NCBI GenBank assembly: GCA_963843835.1
Contig: CAWJMD010000004.1
Span: 73,526 to 137,525 of the forward strand
Source: an uncultured Actinomycetota bacterium
GTDB lineage: Bacteria > Actinomycetota > Actinomycetes > Actinomycetales > CAWJMD01
Direction: 5' to 3'
Length of the DNA stretch: 64,000 nucleotides
In this document: positions 54,882 through 64,000 of the stretch, in pieces
Position numbering within the stretch: position 1 is the first letter of the stretch
Layout: each line of letters begins with the position of its first letter
Notes under the pieces: generated by a model
Database searches by the model: none
What the model was told of the DNA's origin: nothing
What the model saw: the letters and a program-made list of their open reading frames with translations, nothing else
Program-made: the position numbers and the translations under genes

Positions 54882-56243
54882 GTGGTGGCCAAGCAGCACA
54901 AGATCCTGCTCGACGAGTCGGAGATGCCGACACGCTGGTACAACGTGATCCCCGACCTGCCCAGCCCGCCGCCGCCACCGCTGCACCCGGCCACCATGCA
55001 GCCCCTCGGCCCGGACGACCTCGCGCCGCTCTTCCCGATGGACCTGATCATGCAGGAGGTGACCCAGGAGAGCTACGTCGACATCCCCGAGGAGGTGCTC
55101 GACGTCTATCGCCTGTGGCGTCCCTCGCCGCTCTACCGGGCGCACCGGCTGGAGCAGGCGCTCGGGACGCCGGCGCGCATCTACTACAAGTACGAGGGTG
55201 TCTCCCCGGCCGGCTCGCACAAGCCCAACACGTCTGTGCCGCAGGCGTTCTACAACATGAAGAGCGGCGTCACCAAGATCACGACCGAGACCGGTGCGGG
55301 CCAGTGGGGCACCGCGCTCGCCTTCGCGTGCGGCGTCTATGGGCTCGAGTGCGAGGTGTGGCAGGTCGGTGCCTCCTACGACGCCAAGCCCTACCGGCGT
55401 TCGGTGATGGAGACCTACGGTGCGACCGTCCACCGCAGCCCGTCCGACCTGACCGAGTCCGGCCGAAAGATCCTCGCGGACGACCCGAACCACCCGGGCA
55501 GCCTCGGCATCGCGATCAGCGAGGCCGTCGAGGTCGCGGCACAGGGGGAGTCGACGCACTACGCCCTGGGCAGCGTGCTCAACCACGTGCTGCTGCACCA
55601 GACGATCATCGGCGAGGAGGCGTTGCTCCAGTTCGCCAAGGTCGGCGAGACGCCTGACCTGATCGTGGGCTGCACCGGTGGCGGGTCGAACTTCGCCGGC
55701 CTGTCCTTCCCCTTCCTGCGCGAGAAGCTGGCGGGGCGCATCTCGCCCACGATCCGCGCAGTCGAGCCTTCGGCGTGCCCCTCGCTCACGCGGGGCACCT
55801 ACGCCTACGACTACGGCGACACAGCCGGCTTCACGCCGCTGCTGAAGATGCACACGCTCGGGCACGACTTCGTCCCGGACCCGATCCACGCAGGCGGCCT
55901 GCGTTACCACGGCATGAGCCCCCTCATCTCGCACGTGTACGAGCTCGGCCTGATGGAGGCCATCGCGATCCCGCAGCTCGAGTGCTTCGAGGCGGCAGTG
56001 ACCTTCGCCCGCCACGAGGGCATCGTGCCCGCTCCCGAGCCGACCCACGCCATCGCCGCCTGCATCCGAGAGGCGCTGGCGTGCAAGGAGTCCGGCGAGG
56101 AGAAGGTGATCCTGACGGCCCTCTGCGGGCACGGCCACTTCGACATGGCCGCCTACGACGCCTTCCTCGGCGGCCGCATGGTCGACGAGGAGCTGAGCGA
56201 CGAGCGGCTCGCCGAACCGCTCACGCGCCTGCCACAGTTCTGA
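54882..56243 (+). CDS. TrpB2-type tryptophan synthase beta-like PLP enzyme
   Basis: [30 protein letters not shown] (PLP Lys), [10 protein letters not shown] and [16 protein letters not shown] upstream of GTG 54882. Confidence 0.9.
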   Translation: MVAKQHKILLDESEMPTRWYNVIPDLPSPPPPPLHPATMQPLGPDDLAPLFPMDLIMQEVTQESYVDIPEEVLDVYRLWRPSPLYRAHRLEQALGTPARIYYKYEGVSPAGSHKPNTSVPQAFYNMKSGVTKITTETGAGQWGTALAFACGVYGLECEVWQVGASYDAKPYRRSVMETYGATVHRSPSDLTESGRKILADDPNHPGSLGIAISEAVEVAAQGESTHYALGSVLNHVLLHQTIIGEEALLQFAKVGETPDLIVGCTGGGSNFAGLSFPFLREKLAGRISPTIRAVEPSACPSLTRGTYAYDYGDTAGFTPLLKMHTLGHDFVPDPIHAGGLRYHGMSPLISHVYELGLMEAIAIPQLECFEAAVTFARHEGIVPAPEPTHAIAACIREALACKESGEEKVILTALCGHGHFDMAAYDAFLGGRMVDEELSDERLAEPLTRLPQF

Positions 56244-56265
56244 CCGGTCGTCCGGCACGCTGGAC

Positions 56266-57120
56266 CTACCCCGAGACGTCGCCCCGGTGGGCCACGGCGA
56301 ACTCGCGGTAAGTGCGCGCCGGACGCCCGGTGAGCCGCTCGACCCCGTCCGTCACCGTGGTCAGGTGTCCGGCGCGGACGGCCTGGTACTGGGTGATGAT
56401 CGCGTCCGCGAGCCAGTCCGGTAGCCCGGCGGCCACGAGACTGGCTCGGTAGCCGTCGGCGGGGACGTCGACGTACTCCACCGGACGACCGATCACCTCC
56501 GCGAGCTCGGCCGCGGCCTCGGGCATGGTGATGGCGACGGGTCCGGTCAGGTCGACCTCGCGCGTCCCCCCTCCGCTCGTCAGGGCCGCGACGGCCGCGG
56601 CGGCGATGTCGGCGGCGTCGATGAACGACGCCGCCCCGTCTCCGGTCATCCCGTACCAGCGGCCCTCGGCACGGATGGTCGGTACCGGGAGCAGGTGCGT
56701 CTGCATGTACCCGGCGGGCCTGAGGATCGTTCGCTCCATGCCCGACGCGTCGAGGTGGTCGTCGATCTCCGCGTGCCAGCGGCCGAGGGCGCTCGGCGAG
56801 GCGGGGTCAGCACCCATCATGGAGACGGCGACGACCCGTGAGACGCCGGCCGACCGAGCGGAGTCGACGGCGGCCTTCTCGCGTCGCGCCTGGTCCGGGT
56901 GGGGTGGTGAGAGCAGGAGCATCTGCTCGCACCCCTCGACCGCACGGCTGATGGTGTCCGGGTCGTCGAGGTCGCCGTCCACCGCTTCGTGGCCGGCCGC
57001 CTCGATGGCGTCGCGACCGACCGCCGAGTGGGCGAGCGCCCTGGCGCGGACGCCCTGACCCGCCAGCTGCGTCAACAGCGCGCTCCCGATGTTCCCGGTC
57101 GCTCCGGTGAGGACGATCAT
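56266..57120 (-). CDS. NmrA/SDR-family NAD(P)-binding protein
   Basis: MIVLTGATGNIGSALLTQL (Rossmann GxxGxxG), 284 aa. Confidence 0.85.
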   Translation of the reverse strand: MIVLTGATGNIGSALLTQLAGQGVRARALAHSAVGRDAIEAAGHEAVDGDLDDPDTISRAVEGCEQMLLLSPPHPDQARREKAAVDSARSAGVSRVVAVSMMGADPASPSALGRWHAEIDDHLDASGMERTILRPAGYMQTHLLPVPTIRAEGRWYGMTGDGAASFIDAADIAAAAVAALTSGGGTREVDLTGPVAITMPEAAAELAEVIGRPVEYVDVPADGYRASLVAAGLPDWLADAIITQYQAVRAGHLTTVTDGVERLTGRPARTYREFAVAHRGDVSG

Positions 57121-57322
57121 GGCCCCTCTCCTCCCTCGCCGCGCAGGCACCATCGTCCCGCCGAAGAGGCAGGACCGGTGTGCCTGCACGCCCCATGGTG
57201 CTCCTGGTGAGCCGAGAAGGCCACGGTCACTGACTGGCTCGTCGCTCACCCGCCGTGGCGGACGACCTGCGTCCAGCAGGTCGGTGCCGCGTTCGAGCGT
57301 CCCGCATGTCACGGTGCGGATG

Positions 57323-58795
57323 TCATGGCGTCCTCTGCCACTCGGCGACGACCCGGCGGAACTTGCCCCCGGGGCTCTGCTGTGGCGGCTCATCGGCCCG
57401 GAGGAGCTCGACGTCGCCCAGGCCTTGATCGTCGATGTACCTGCGCAAGTCGGCCAGGAGACCCCGCCACACCTCCTCGACGGCGGAGTTCGGCTCGGGC
57501 TCGAGCCGAACCCGGACCGACGCCGGCCCGGACTGGACCAGCTGCAGGCGACGGACGCCGACAGTTCGGTCCCCGATGGCGCCGATCGCCAGCGGTAGCA
57601 CGTGGACGAGGCGGCCGCCGGTCGCCGTCAGGTTCAAGACGTCGTCGGCGCGCCCGGCGACCCGGACAGCGGGCAGCGCCGTGCCGCAGGGGCACGGGTC
57701 AGGCCGCGCGAGCACGGAGTCTCCCAGGTCGTAGCGGATGATCGGCTGGAGACGGTTCGCCAGGTTCGTCAGCAGGACCGTGTGGGATACCTCCCCGGGC
57801 GGGGCGGGGCGCAGGTTCTCGTCGACCGGTTCGAGGATCGCCCAGTCGCTGCTCACGTGCAGCCAGTCCTCCGCGCAGCCGAACGCGAAGAACAGGCCTT
57901 CGGACGCGGCGTAGGAGTCCCTCACCAGGCACGCGAACGATGCCTCGAGGTGCGCCCGGAGGTCGGCCGGCAGGGACTCCCCCGAAGTAGCCGCCAGGAC
58001 GGGCCGCAGGCGCAGCCGGCCGGCGTCCTGCTCACCGGCAAGAAGCTCCAACGCGCTCGGGTACCCGGCGAGCACGGTCGGCCGGTACTCGTTGAGCCCG
58101 GCGACGAGCTCGGCCAGCGGGCGCTGCACGGAGAACACCCGGATCGCGCGCGACGCGATACGGCTCGCGCGCCGGCTCCGCTCGTTCCATCCCGCACCGG
58201 CGAAGTGCCCGCCGGTGCCCACGAGCGCCGCGTATCGCACCCCCCGCCGGGCCAGGCTCAGCCACTCGCCGACCGTGAACCAGCCGAGATAGCTGCGCAT
58301 CGCCAGGAGCGCATCGTGCACGGCGACCGCGCCGGCGTCGTGCACGAACAACCCGGGGCGACCCGTCGTGCCCGAACTCGTGCAGACGAACGACCCGCCC
58401 CGGTACGGGGCACCTACCCGGGTCGGATCCGCGACGAAGGCCTCCACATCGGCCCGCGTCACGCGCGGATCGGTGACCCAGTCGTCGAAGGCGGCCATCA
58501 GCTCAGGCTTGGAGACCGACGGCAGGTCCTGCGACGCGACGTCTTCGCTCGGAAGGCCCCGGTACAGGCGACGGTAGAAGGGAGACGACGTACGAGCGTG
58601 GCTGATCAGCGCTTGCAGGCGATGCTGCCGCCGCCGAGCCAGGCCCGCCGGCCCCTCCCGCTCGGCCCGCCACAGATCGACGCTGAGCCGTCCCACGCCC
58701 GGCCCTGCCCGCACCAGCCTCACCTCCGGTGGTCGGAGCGACCGCGGCGCCAGCCCGGGCGTGTCCGACCCTCTCATTATCGCCCCCGAGGTCAA
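57323..58795 (-). CDS. PaaK/F390-synthetase-like adenylate-forming enzyme
   Basis: SSPFYRRLYRGL, TSSGTTGRPG (AMP-binding core), YAASEG and a C-terminal GGKFRRV. Start is uncertain (TTG 58795 or ATG 58777). Confidence 0.75.
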   Translation of the reverse strand: MTSGAIMRGSDTPGLAPRSLRPPEVRLVRAGPGVGRLSVDLWRAEREGPAGLARRRQHRLQALISHARTSSPFYRRLYRGLPSEDVASQDLPSVSKPELMAAFDDWVTDPRVTRADVEAFVADPTRVGAPYRGGSFVCTSSGTTGRPGLFVHDAGAVAVHDALLAMRSYLGWFTVGEWLSLARRGVRYAALVGTGGHFAGAGWNERSRRASRIASRAIRVFSVQRPLAELVAGLNEYRPTVLAGYPSALELLAGEQDAGRLRLRPVLAATSGESLPADLRAHLEASFACLVRDSYAASEGLFFAFGCAEDWLHVSSDWAILEPVDENLRPAPPGEVSHTVLLTNLANRLQPIIRYDLGDSVLARPDPCPCGTALPAVRVAGRADDVLNLTATGGRLVHVLPLAIGAIGDRTVGVRRLQLVQSGPASVRVRLEPEPNSAVEEVWRGLLADLRRYIDDQGLGDVELLRADEPPQQSPGGKFRRVVAEWQRTP

Positions 58796-58873
58796 CGAGC
58801 CCGATCAGGGCGGGAGGCGAGGTCTGCCCGTGACGCTCGAGCCGAGCGCTCGTCCGCTGTCTACGCTGATGTG

Positions 58874-59596
58874 ATGAGCGACCCCGACATCCGGTACTAC
58901 TTCGACCCGGTCTGTCCCTTCGCCTGGATGACCAGCAAGTGGGTGAGACGCGTGATGGCGCAGCGCGAGTACGCCGTCGAGTGGCGGTTCATCTCCCTGC
59001 GCCTGATCAACTCCCACATCGACTACGACTCGCACTTCCCGCCGGAGTACGAGGGTGGGCACACCGCCGGCCTGAGGCTGCTGAGAGTCGCTGCGAGAGT
59101 GAGGGCCGAACACGGTCCGGAGGCGGTCGGCCCGCTGTACGAGGCACTGGGCACCCACATCTTCGACACGGCCCCGACCGGTGACGCAGCCCCCGGACAC
59201 CGCGGGACGCGGCCCTTCCTCGAGCCGATCCTGTCGGAGGTCGGGCTGAGCCCCGAGCTGGCCGAGACGCTGGACGACGCGCAGTACGACGCGGAGATCC
59301 AGGCCGAGACGGACGAGGCGCTCGGCCTGACCGGCAAGGACGTGGGGACGCCGATCATCCACTTCCAGCCGCCCGAGGGTGTCGCCTTCTTCGGCCCCGT
59401 GATCAGCAGGCTGCCGAGCGAGGATGACGCCGTCCGGCTGTGGGACCACGTGGTCGGGCTCGCGGGCTTCCCGGGCTTCGCCGAGCTCAAGCGGAGCCTG
59501 CGCGAGCTGCCCCAGCTCCGCGGGCTCGGCGTCGGGGAGTCCGAGGTCGGCGCGCAGGAGGACTGGCACGGCGGGAGCCGCCGGCAGAAGAAGTGA
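58874..59596 (+). CDS. DsbA-like thioredoxin-fold protein
   Basis: 240 aa from ATG 58874. IRYYFDPVCPFAWMTSKW...GTPIIHF. The upstream part of the 664-aa ORF is non-coding-like. Confidence 0.8.
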   Translation: MSDPDIRYYFDPVCPFAWMTSKWVRRVMAQREYAVEWRFISLRLINSHIDYDSHFPPEYEGGHTAGLRLLRVAARVRAEHGPEAVGPLYEALGTHIFDTAPTGDAAPGHRGTRPFLEPILSEVGLSPELAETLDDAQYDAEIQAETDEALGLTGKDVGTPIIHFQPPEGVAFFGPVISRLPSEDDAVRLWDHVVGLAGFPGFAELKRSLRELPQLRGLGVGESEVGAQEDWHGGSRRQKK

Positions 59597-59615
59597 CCCG
59601 GCGCCGGGTGGTCGC

Positions 59616-60185
59616 TCAGAGGAAGCGGACGGGGTCGAACTCCTCGAGCGGGATGACGCGCACGCGAGGCAGCATGCTCGTGAACGCACCGACCTCGTTC
59701 TCGAGGTCGAAGACCTGGAGCCCGCTCGGTCCGAGCGCGGTGAAGCCGCTGTTGAAGAACTCCTTGAAGCCGAGCAGGCCGACGCGGCGTTCCCCGCCCA
59801 GCAGACGGGTGATCTGGGGCAGGAAGTCGCCGTCGTGGCTGGCGAGCAGCACGTCGCCCTCGCGCTCGGCGATGGCGTCCAGCGTGCGCTGGATGCCGAT
59901 GTCCACGACCTTCTCGCCGGGTCCACCGCTCAGCGGGATGGGCCGGTAGTCCAGCGCGATCAGGGCCTGCACGAACGACATCGGCAGGTGGCCGGACGAG
60001 GCGTTGAGGAAGAACAGGCCCTTCACCGGCTGCTTCCACACGTCGGTCGCGAACTCGCGCACCCGCTCCCAGCGTGGTCGCTCATCGGGGTTCGGGCGTC
60101 GACCCAGCACGGACACGCCGAGGGTGGCGTCGATGTTCTCGCCGTCCACGATCAGGTAGGTGCTCTTGCCGTCGGCCGCGTCCAT
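59616..60185 (-). CDS. NYN/LabA-like domain protein
   Basis: TYLIVDGENIDATLG...LLASHDGDFLPQI, a PIN-like acidic residue pattern. Confidence 0.75.
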   Translation of the reverse strand: MDAADGKSTYLIVDGENIDATLGVSVLGRRPNPDERPRWERVREFATDVWKQPVKGLFFLNASSGHLPMSFVQALIALDYRPIPLSGGPGEKVVDIGIQRTLDAIAEREGDVLLASHDGDFLPQITRLLGGERRVGLLGFKEFFNSGFTALGPSGLQVFDLENEVGAFTSMLPRVRVIPLEEFDPVRFL

Positions 60186-60246
60186 GACCGAACCCTAGGG
60201 CCGTGCCACCGCCGGGGGCGCGCTGCGACCTCGCGGGCGCGTCGGA

Positions 60247-61878
60247 TCAGTCGACGGTCGTGACTTCCAGGTCGCCCTCGGCGTAGCGCCGCCGCAGCAC
60301 CTTCTTGTCGAACTTGCCGACGCTCGTCTTCGGGACCTCCTCGATGAAGGCCCACCGTTCGGGCAGCTGCCACCTGGCGACCTTGTCGGCCAGGAAGTCG
60401 CGCAGCTCCTCGGCGGTGACGGTCTCCTCCACGACGACGGTCGCCAGGGGGCGCTCCCCCCACCTGTCGTCGGGCACCCCGACGACGCTCGCCTCGCGCA
60501 CCTTCGGGTGCGCCATCAGCGCGTTCTCGAGGTCGACCGACGAGATCCACTCGCCCCCCGACTTGATCACGTCCTTGCTGCGGTCGGTGAGGCGCAGGAA
60601 GCCGTCCGGTGTCAGGGAGCCGACGTCCCCGGTGCGGAGCCAGCCCTCGTCGAACTTCTGCGGGTCGTCGTCCAGGTAGTACGAGGCGGTGACCCATGGC
60701 CCCCTGACCTCGAGCTCGCCGACGGACTCGCCGTCCCAAGGCATCTCGGAGCCGTCCGGGCCGATGAGGCGTCCACTGACGAGGGTCGCCAGCCGCCCCT
60801 GTGTCTCCCGGTACCGCCACGCCTCCTCGCCCTCGACGCCCGCGGGCTCGACCGCGATGGTGCCCAGCGGCGACATCTCGGTCATGCCCCACGCGTGCAG
60901 GACCCGGATGCCGTGCCGTTCCTCGAAGGCACGCATCAGCGCGGGTGGGCACGCCGATCCGCCGACGATGACCTCGCGCACGCTGGAGACGTCGACGGGT
61001 TCGCCCTTCTCCTCCTGCTCGTCCAGGTGGCGCAGCAGGTCGGCCCAGATCGTCGGCACCGCACCGGCGCCGGTCACCTTCTCGGTCTCGATCATGGTGG
61101 CCAGCGGCTCGGCCTGGAGGAAGCGGTCCGGCATGATCATCGACGCTCCCGAGAGCAGCGCACCGTAGGGCAGGCCCCACGCGTTGGCGTGGAACATCGG
61201 CACCACGGCCAGCAGCCGGTCGCCCTGACGAACACCCAGCGCGGTCGGCATCACCAGCTGCATCGAGTGCAGGTAGTTCGATCGGTGGGAGTAGACGACG
61301 CCCTTGGGGTTCCCCGTCGTCCCGGACGTGTAACACATTGCTGCGCCAAGATTCTCGTCGAGATCCGGCCACGTGAACTCGGGCTCCTCGGCGTCGAGGA
61401 GACTCCGGTAGTCGTGCACCTCGCACCCACTGGCGCCCAGTGCCTCCCGCGTCTCGTCCGGCACAGGGCCGTTGACGATGACGTGCCTGACGGTCTTCAG
61501 GTGGGGGAGCAGCTTCGCGAAGGGCGCCGCGAGGCTGTTGTCGACGACCACGACGTCGTCCTCGGCGTGGTTCGCCACGTAGATCAGCTGCTCGGGGAAC
61601 AGCCGGATGTTCAGCGCGTGCAGCACGGCCCCCATGCTCGGGACCGTCAGGTAGAGCTCGAGGTGCTCCTCGTTGTTCCACATGAACGTGGCGACCCGCT
61701 CGTCGCCGACCACCCCCAGCCTGCGCAGCGCGTTCGCCAGTCGCCGGCAGTCCTCCCCGACCTCGCGGTAGGTCGACCGCCGGGGCCCGTCCGGCGTCCA
61801 CGTCACCACCTCCTGGGCGGCGTGCACCGTCGTGCCGTACTCGAGGATCTGCGAGATCAGGAGGGGCTGTTCCTGCAT
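60247..61878 (-). CDS. long-chain fatty-acid--CoA ligase
   Basis: 543 aa from ATG 61878. YTSGTTGNPKGVVYSHR, HAWGMTE, TGDVG and SGGEWISS...PKTSVGKFDKK. Confidence 0.9.
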   Translation of the reverse strand: MQEQPLLISQILEYGTTVHAAQEVVTWTPDGPRRSTYREVGEDCRRLANALRRLGVVGDERVATFMWNNEEHLELYLTVPSMGAVLHALNIRLFPEQLIYVANHAEDDVVVVDNSLAAPFAKLLPHLKTVRHVIVNGPVPDETREALGASGCEVHDYRSLLDAEEPEFTWPDLDENLGAAMCYTSGTTGNPKGVVYSHRSNYLHSMQLVMPTALGVRQGDRLLAVVPMFHANAWGLPYGALLSGASMIMPDRFLQAEPLATMIETEKVTGAGAVPTIWADLLRHLDEQEEKGEPVDVSSVREVIVGGSACPPALMRAFEERHGIRVLHAWGMTEMSPLGTIAVEPAGVEGEEAWRYRETQGRLATLVSGRLIGPDGSEMPWDGESVGELEVRGPWVTASYYLDDDPQKFDEGWLRTGDVGSLTPDGFLRLTDRSKDVIKSGGEWISSVDLENALMAHPKVREASVVGVPDDRWGERPLATVVVEETVTAEELRDFLADKVARWQLPERWAFIEEVPKTSVGKFDKKVLRRRYAEGDLEVTTVD

Positions 61879-62073
61879 GGTGCTGCGCACTGGGTCTCCT
61901 TCGACGGTGGCGAGCGGGCTGCTCGTATCGTCGCCGGTTCCAGCTGACTCGGCTAGCGCGAACGGGTGCCGCGAGGGCCCAAGTCTTCCCAAGCCGCCAC
62001 AGAACGTGCATGATCACGCTGTCTTGAATGACCGAGTTGCACTTTTTGATCCCTTCGACCGACGAGGACTCCT

Positions 62074-63057
62074 GTGCGCCGTGACCGTCGAGTGATCCCG
62101 CCACCGACAAGCCCCACCGACCCCAGCAGGCGTGCCGCGCTCGCCGGCCTCGGGTCGGTGGCCGCCCTGGTCTGGCTCCCGTCGCGGGTGGCCGTGGCCG
62201 CGCCCGGTCGACCGGGAGCCACCGCTTCCGTCGACGAGGTGCGAGACGCAGCAGCCGGTTTCGGCCAGGACGCCACCCGCAGGTCATGCCTCGTGCTGCG
62301 TGACGACGGCTGGGTGCTCGTCGAAGTCGACGGCACCGAGAGGCCCACAACCGGCCTGGGCTCCAGCACGGTGGCCGCCGTGTCCGCCGACCCGCAGGGC
62401 CGCACCAGCACGGCCGTCGGATGGTCGACGACGCCGGGCGCCACCGGCCCGACGGACACCGCGCGGATGTGGACCTCGTCCGACGGGGTGGCCTGGTCGC
62501 CGGTCCGCACCGCGACGCCGGCGGGCTCGAGACTGACCGCCGTCGCGACGGCGGACGACGGGTCCGTGCTCGCCGTCGGAGCCGTGCTCTCGATGGAGGG
62601 GCACCCCCGCCTGTTGCTGAGCGTCTCGGTAGCCTCCCCGTCCGACCGCACGGCGGTCCCCGAGGTCGGAGGCGACCTGGCCGGGTACCCGGAGGCGCTC
62701 ACGGCGGCCGGCCGCGGCTGGGTGGCCGCGGTCGTGACGGCGCAGGGCAGCACGCTTCAGGCCTCCCGCGACGGCACGCGCTGGCGGGTGCTGCCGGGGG
62801 GTCGCCTGAGCGGTGTCGCGGTCGCCGACCTCTCGGTCGTGACCGGGGGCACCGATGACGCCCCCCTGCTCACCGTGGTGGGCAACGACGTCGCGGGCAC
62901 CCAGCCGGTGCTCGGGGAGTACTCACGGGGCCGGCTGACGCGGCGGCAGCCTCCCGTCCAGGCCCCGGCTGCAGCACGTGCGGTCGCCTCCGACGGCTCG
63001 GGTCGTCGCCAGTCCGCCTGGCTGACCACAGACCGTCTCGACGTCGTCACCACCTGA
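62074..63057 (+). CDS. Tat-signal secreted protein, possibly beta-propeller-like
   Basis: Twin-arginine motif SRRAALAGLGSVAAL with AVA-AP cleavage-like site. Repeated W/G-rich beta segments (WTSSDGVAWSPV, SRDGTRWRVL). Confidence 0.6.
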   Translation: MRRDRRVIPPPTSPTDPSRRAALAGLGSVAALVWLPSRVAVAAPGRPGATASVDEVRDAAAGFGQDATRRSCLVLRDDGWVLVEVDGTERPTTGLGSSTVAAVSADPQGRTSTAVGWSTTPGATGPTDTARMWTSSDGVAWSPVRTATPAGSRLTAVATADDGSVLAVGAVLSMEGHPRLLLSVSVASPSDRTAVPEVGGDLAGYPEALTAAGRGWVAAVVTAQGSTLQASRDGTRWRVLPGGRLSGVAVADLSVVTGGTDDAPLLTVVGNDVAGTQPVLGEYSRGRLTRRQPPVQAPAAARAVASDGSGRRQSAWLTTDRLDVVTT

Positions 63058-63067
63058 GGAGCACCGT

Positions 63068-63733
63068 TTGTCCGCGACCGAGAAGGCCTTCTCCGCCATC
63101 GACGGCACGCCCGTCTACTACTGGCGCAGCACCTGGGGCAGCACCGCCCCCCGCACCTGGTACTGCACCTTCGCGTTCTACGACCAGCTCGTCGTGTGGA
63201 TCCGGGCCCTGCGCTCGGCCTCCGCCGCCTACGGGAGCCTCAGCTACCTCGTCTCCGCAGGGTTCTACGTCAACAAGACCGGGCAGCACGGCGCGGGTAC
63301 TGCGATGGACCTGGACTACCTGAGGTGGAGCGGGGGACAGGTCAGCTCGCCGATCGAGCAGCACCACGTCGCCTCGCAGCAGCTCGCGCGGCGCTACCTC
63401 GCGGTCGAGGCCACCACCCGCAGGTACTTCAGGTACGTGCTCGACGGCTGGTACCCCAACCACGCCGACCACATCCACGCCGACTTCGGCGGCCTGCCCG
63501 TGCTCTGCCTCAAGTCGTCCGAGTCGGACACGAAGTTCGTGCAGGGTCTGTGCAACAACCACATGAACTCGGGCCTGGCCATCGACGGTGTCTGGGGGTC
63601 GCTGACGCAGGCGGCCTTCGACCAGGCGAAGTCCAAGCTCGGCATCACCGGTGACCCGCACACGAGCAGTACGGTCTGGCGCTCGTTCCTGGTCGCCTCG
63701 GCGCAGAAGGGGTTCGCCAACCAGGCGTTCTAG
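63068..63733 (+). CDS. LAS/M15-like zinc-peptidase motif protein with C-terminal peptidoglycan-binding domain, no signal peptide
   Basis: GAGGAG 6 nt upstream of TTG 63068. HGAGTAMD (HxxGxAxD), HADHIHAD, and a PG_binding_1-like FVQGLCNNHMNSGLAIDGVWGSLTQAAF. Confidence 0.6.
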   Translation: MSATEKAFSAIDGTPVYYWRSTWGSTAPRTWYCTFAFYDQLVVWIRALRSASAAYGSLSYLVSAGFYVNKTGQHGAGTAMDLDYLRWSGGQVSSPIEQHHVASQQLARRYLAVEATTRRYFRYVLDGWYPNHADHIHADFGGLPVLCLKSSESDTKFVQGLCNNHMNSGLAIDGVWGSLTQAAFDQAKSKLGITGDPHTSSTVWRSFLVASAQKGFANQAF

Positions 63734-63792
63734 GTGCCACGACGTCCCAGCGCGAGGAGGGGGGCGCGAGGAGGGGGGACGCGAGGAGGTCG

Positions 63793-64000
63793 TCAGGTCG
63801 GGGGGTCGAGCACGGCGTCGGCGACGGCGGCGGGCCTCTGGTCGGGCACCCAGTGGGAGACGCCCTCCAGGACCACGAGGCGGTACGGGGCCTCGACGAG
63901 CTGCTCGCACATCTGCACCGCGACGGGGCCGCTGGCGATGTCCCCGTCGCCCCACACCAGCGTCGTCGGCACGGCCACGGGGCCGACGCCGGCCAGCGCC
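63793..64000 (-). CDS. alpha/beta-hydrolase, C-terminal part; gene runs off the right edge
   Basis: ...PTTLVWGDGDIASGP...LVVLEGVSHWVPDQRPAAVADAVL, a typical C-terminal catalytic-His region. The reading frame stays open to position 64000. Confidence 0.55.
   Translation of the reverse strand, partial: ALAGVGPVAVPTTLVWGDGDIASGPVAVQMCEQLVEAPYRLVVLEGVSHWVPDQRPAAVADAVLDPPT

Overview
High-GC (roughly 70%+) actinobacterial chromosomal segment with about 60 protein genes and one tmRNA. I found no tRNA, rRNA, CRISPR array, transposase or integrase.

Positions 1-36.5 kb look like conserved core. From memory, the gene order mirrors the Mycobacterium tuberculosis Rv3213c-Rv3197A neighbourhood: ParA-like ATPase, DEAD-box helicase, ferritin-like protein, DUF3107, TetR, DUF3152, Atl-like protein, adnA-adnB, nudC, mycoredoxin, uvrD2, whiB7. 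This is followed by an L,D-transpeptidase/M15 peptidase operon, AIM24, an LLM oxidoreductase, and prfB-ftsE-ftsX-M23 peptidase-smpB-ssrA.

Downstream of the ssrA terminator (36.5-64 kb) the content becomes accessory-like. It holds flavoenzymes, two large LuxR/SARP regulators, an auxiliary trpS, resistance-type genes (ANT(3'')-like, YcaQ/AlkZ-like, MBL-fold), TrpB2, an adenylating enzyme and cell-wall-related secreted proteins.

I could not identify a convincing multi-gene defence or other clearly new system. The most unusual observations are:
- a Trp-codon leader peptide with hairpins upstream of an auxiliary trpS that is itself frameshifted
- a neighbouring FAD-oxidase paralog broken in three places, suggesting local gene decay
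- a single-base frame break in ftsX
- a perfect 29-bp-stem palindrome filling the nudC convergent intergenic region
- a complete whiB7 leader (AT-rich promoter, strong-SD uORF, hairpins)
- a 57-aa zinc-ribbon ORF absent from the ORF track
- a SARP...LuxR double-DNA-binding-domain regulator
- a Tat-signal protein paired with a signal-less LAS/peptidoglycan-binding enzyme

All family assignments come from reading motifs by eye. No database search was run.
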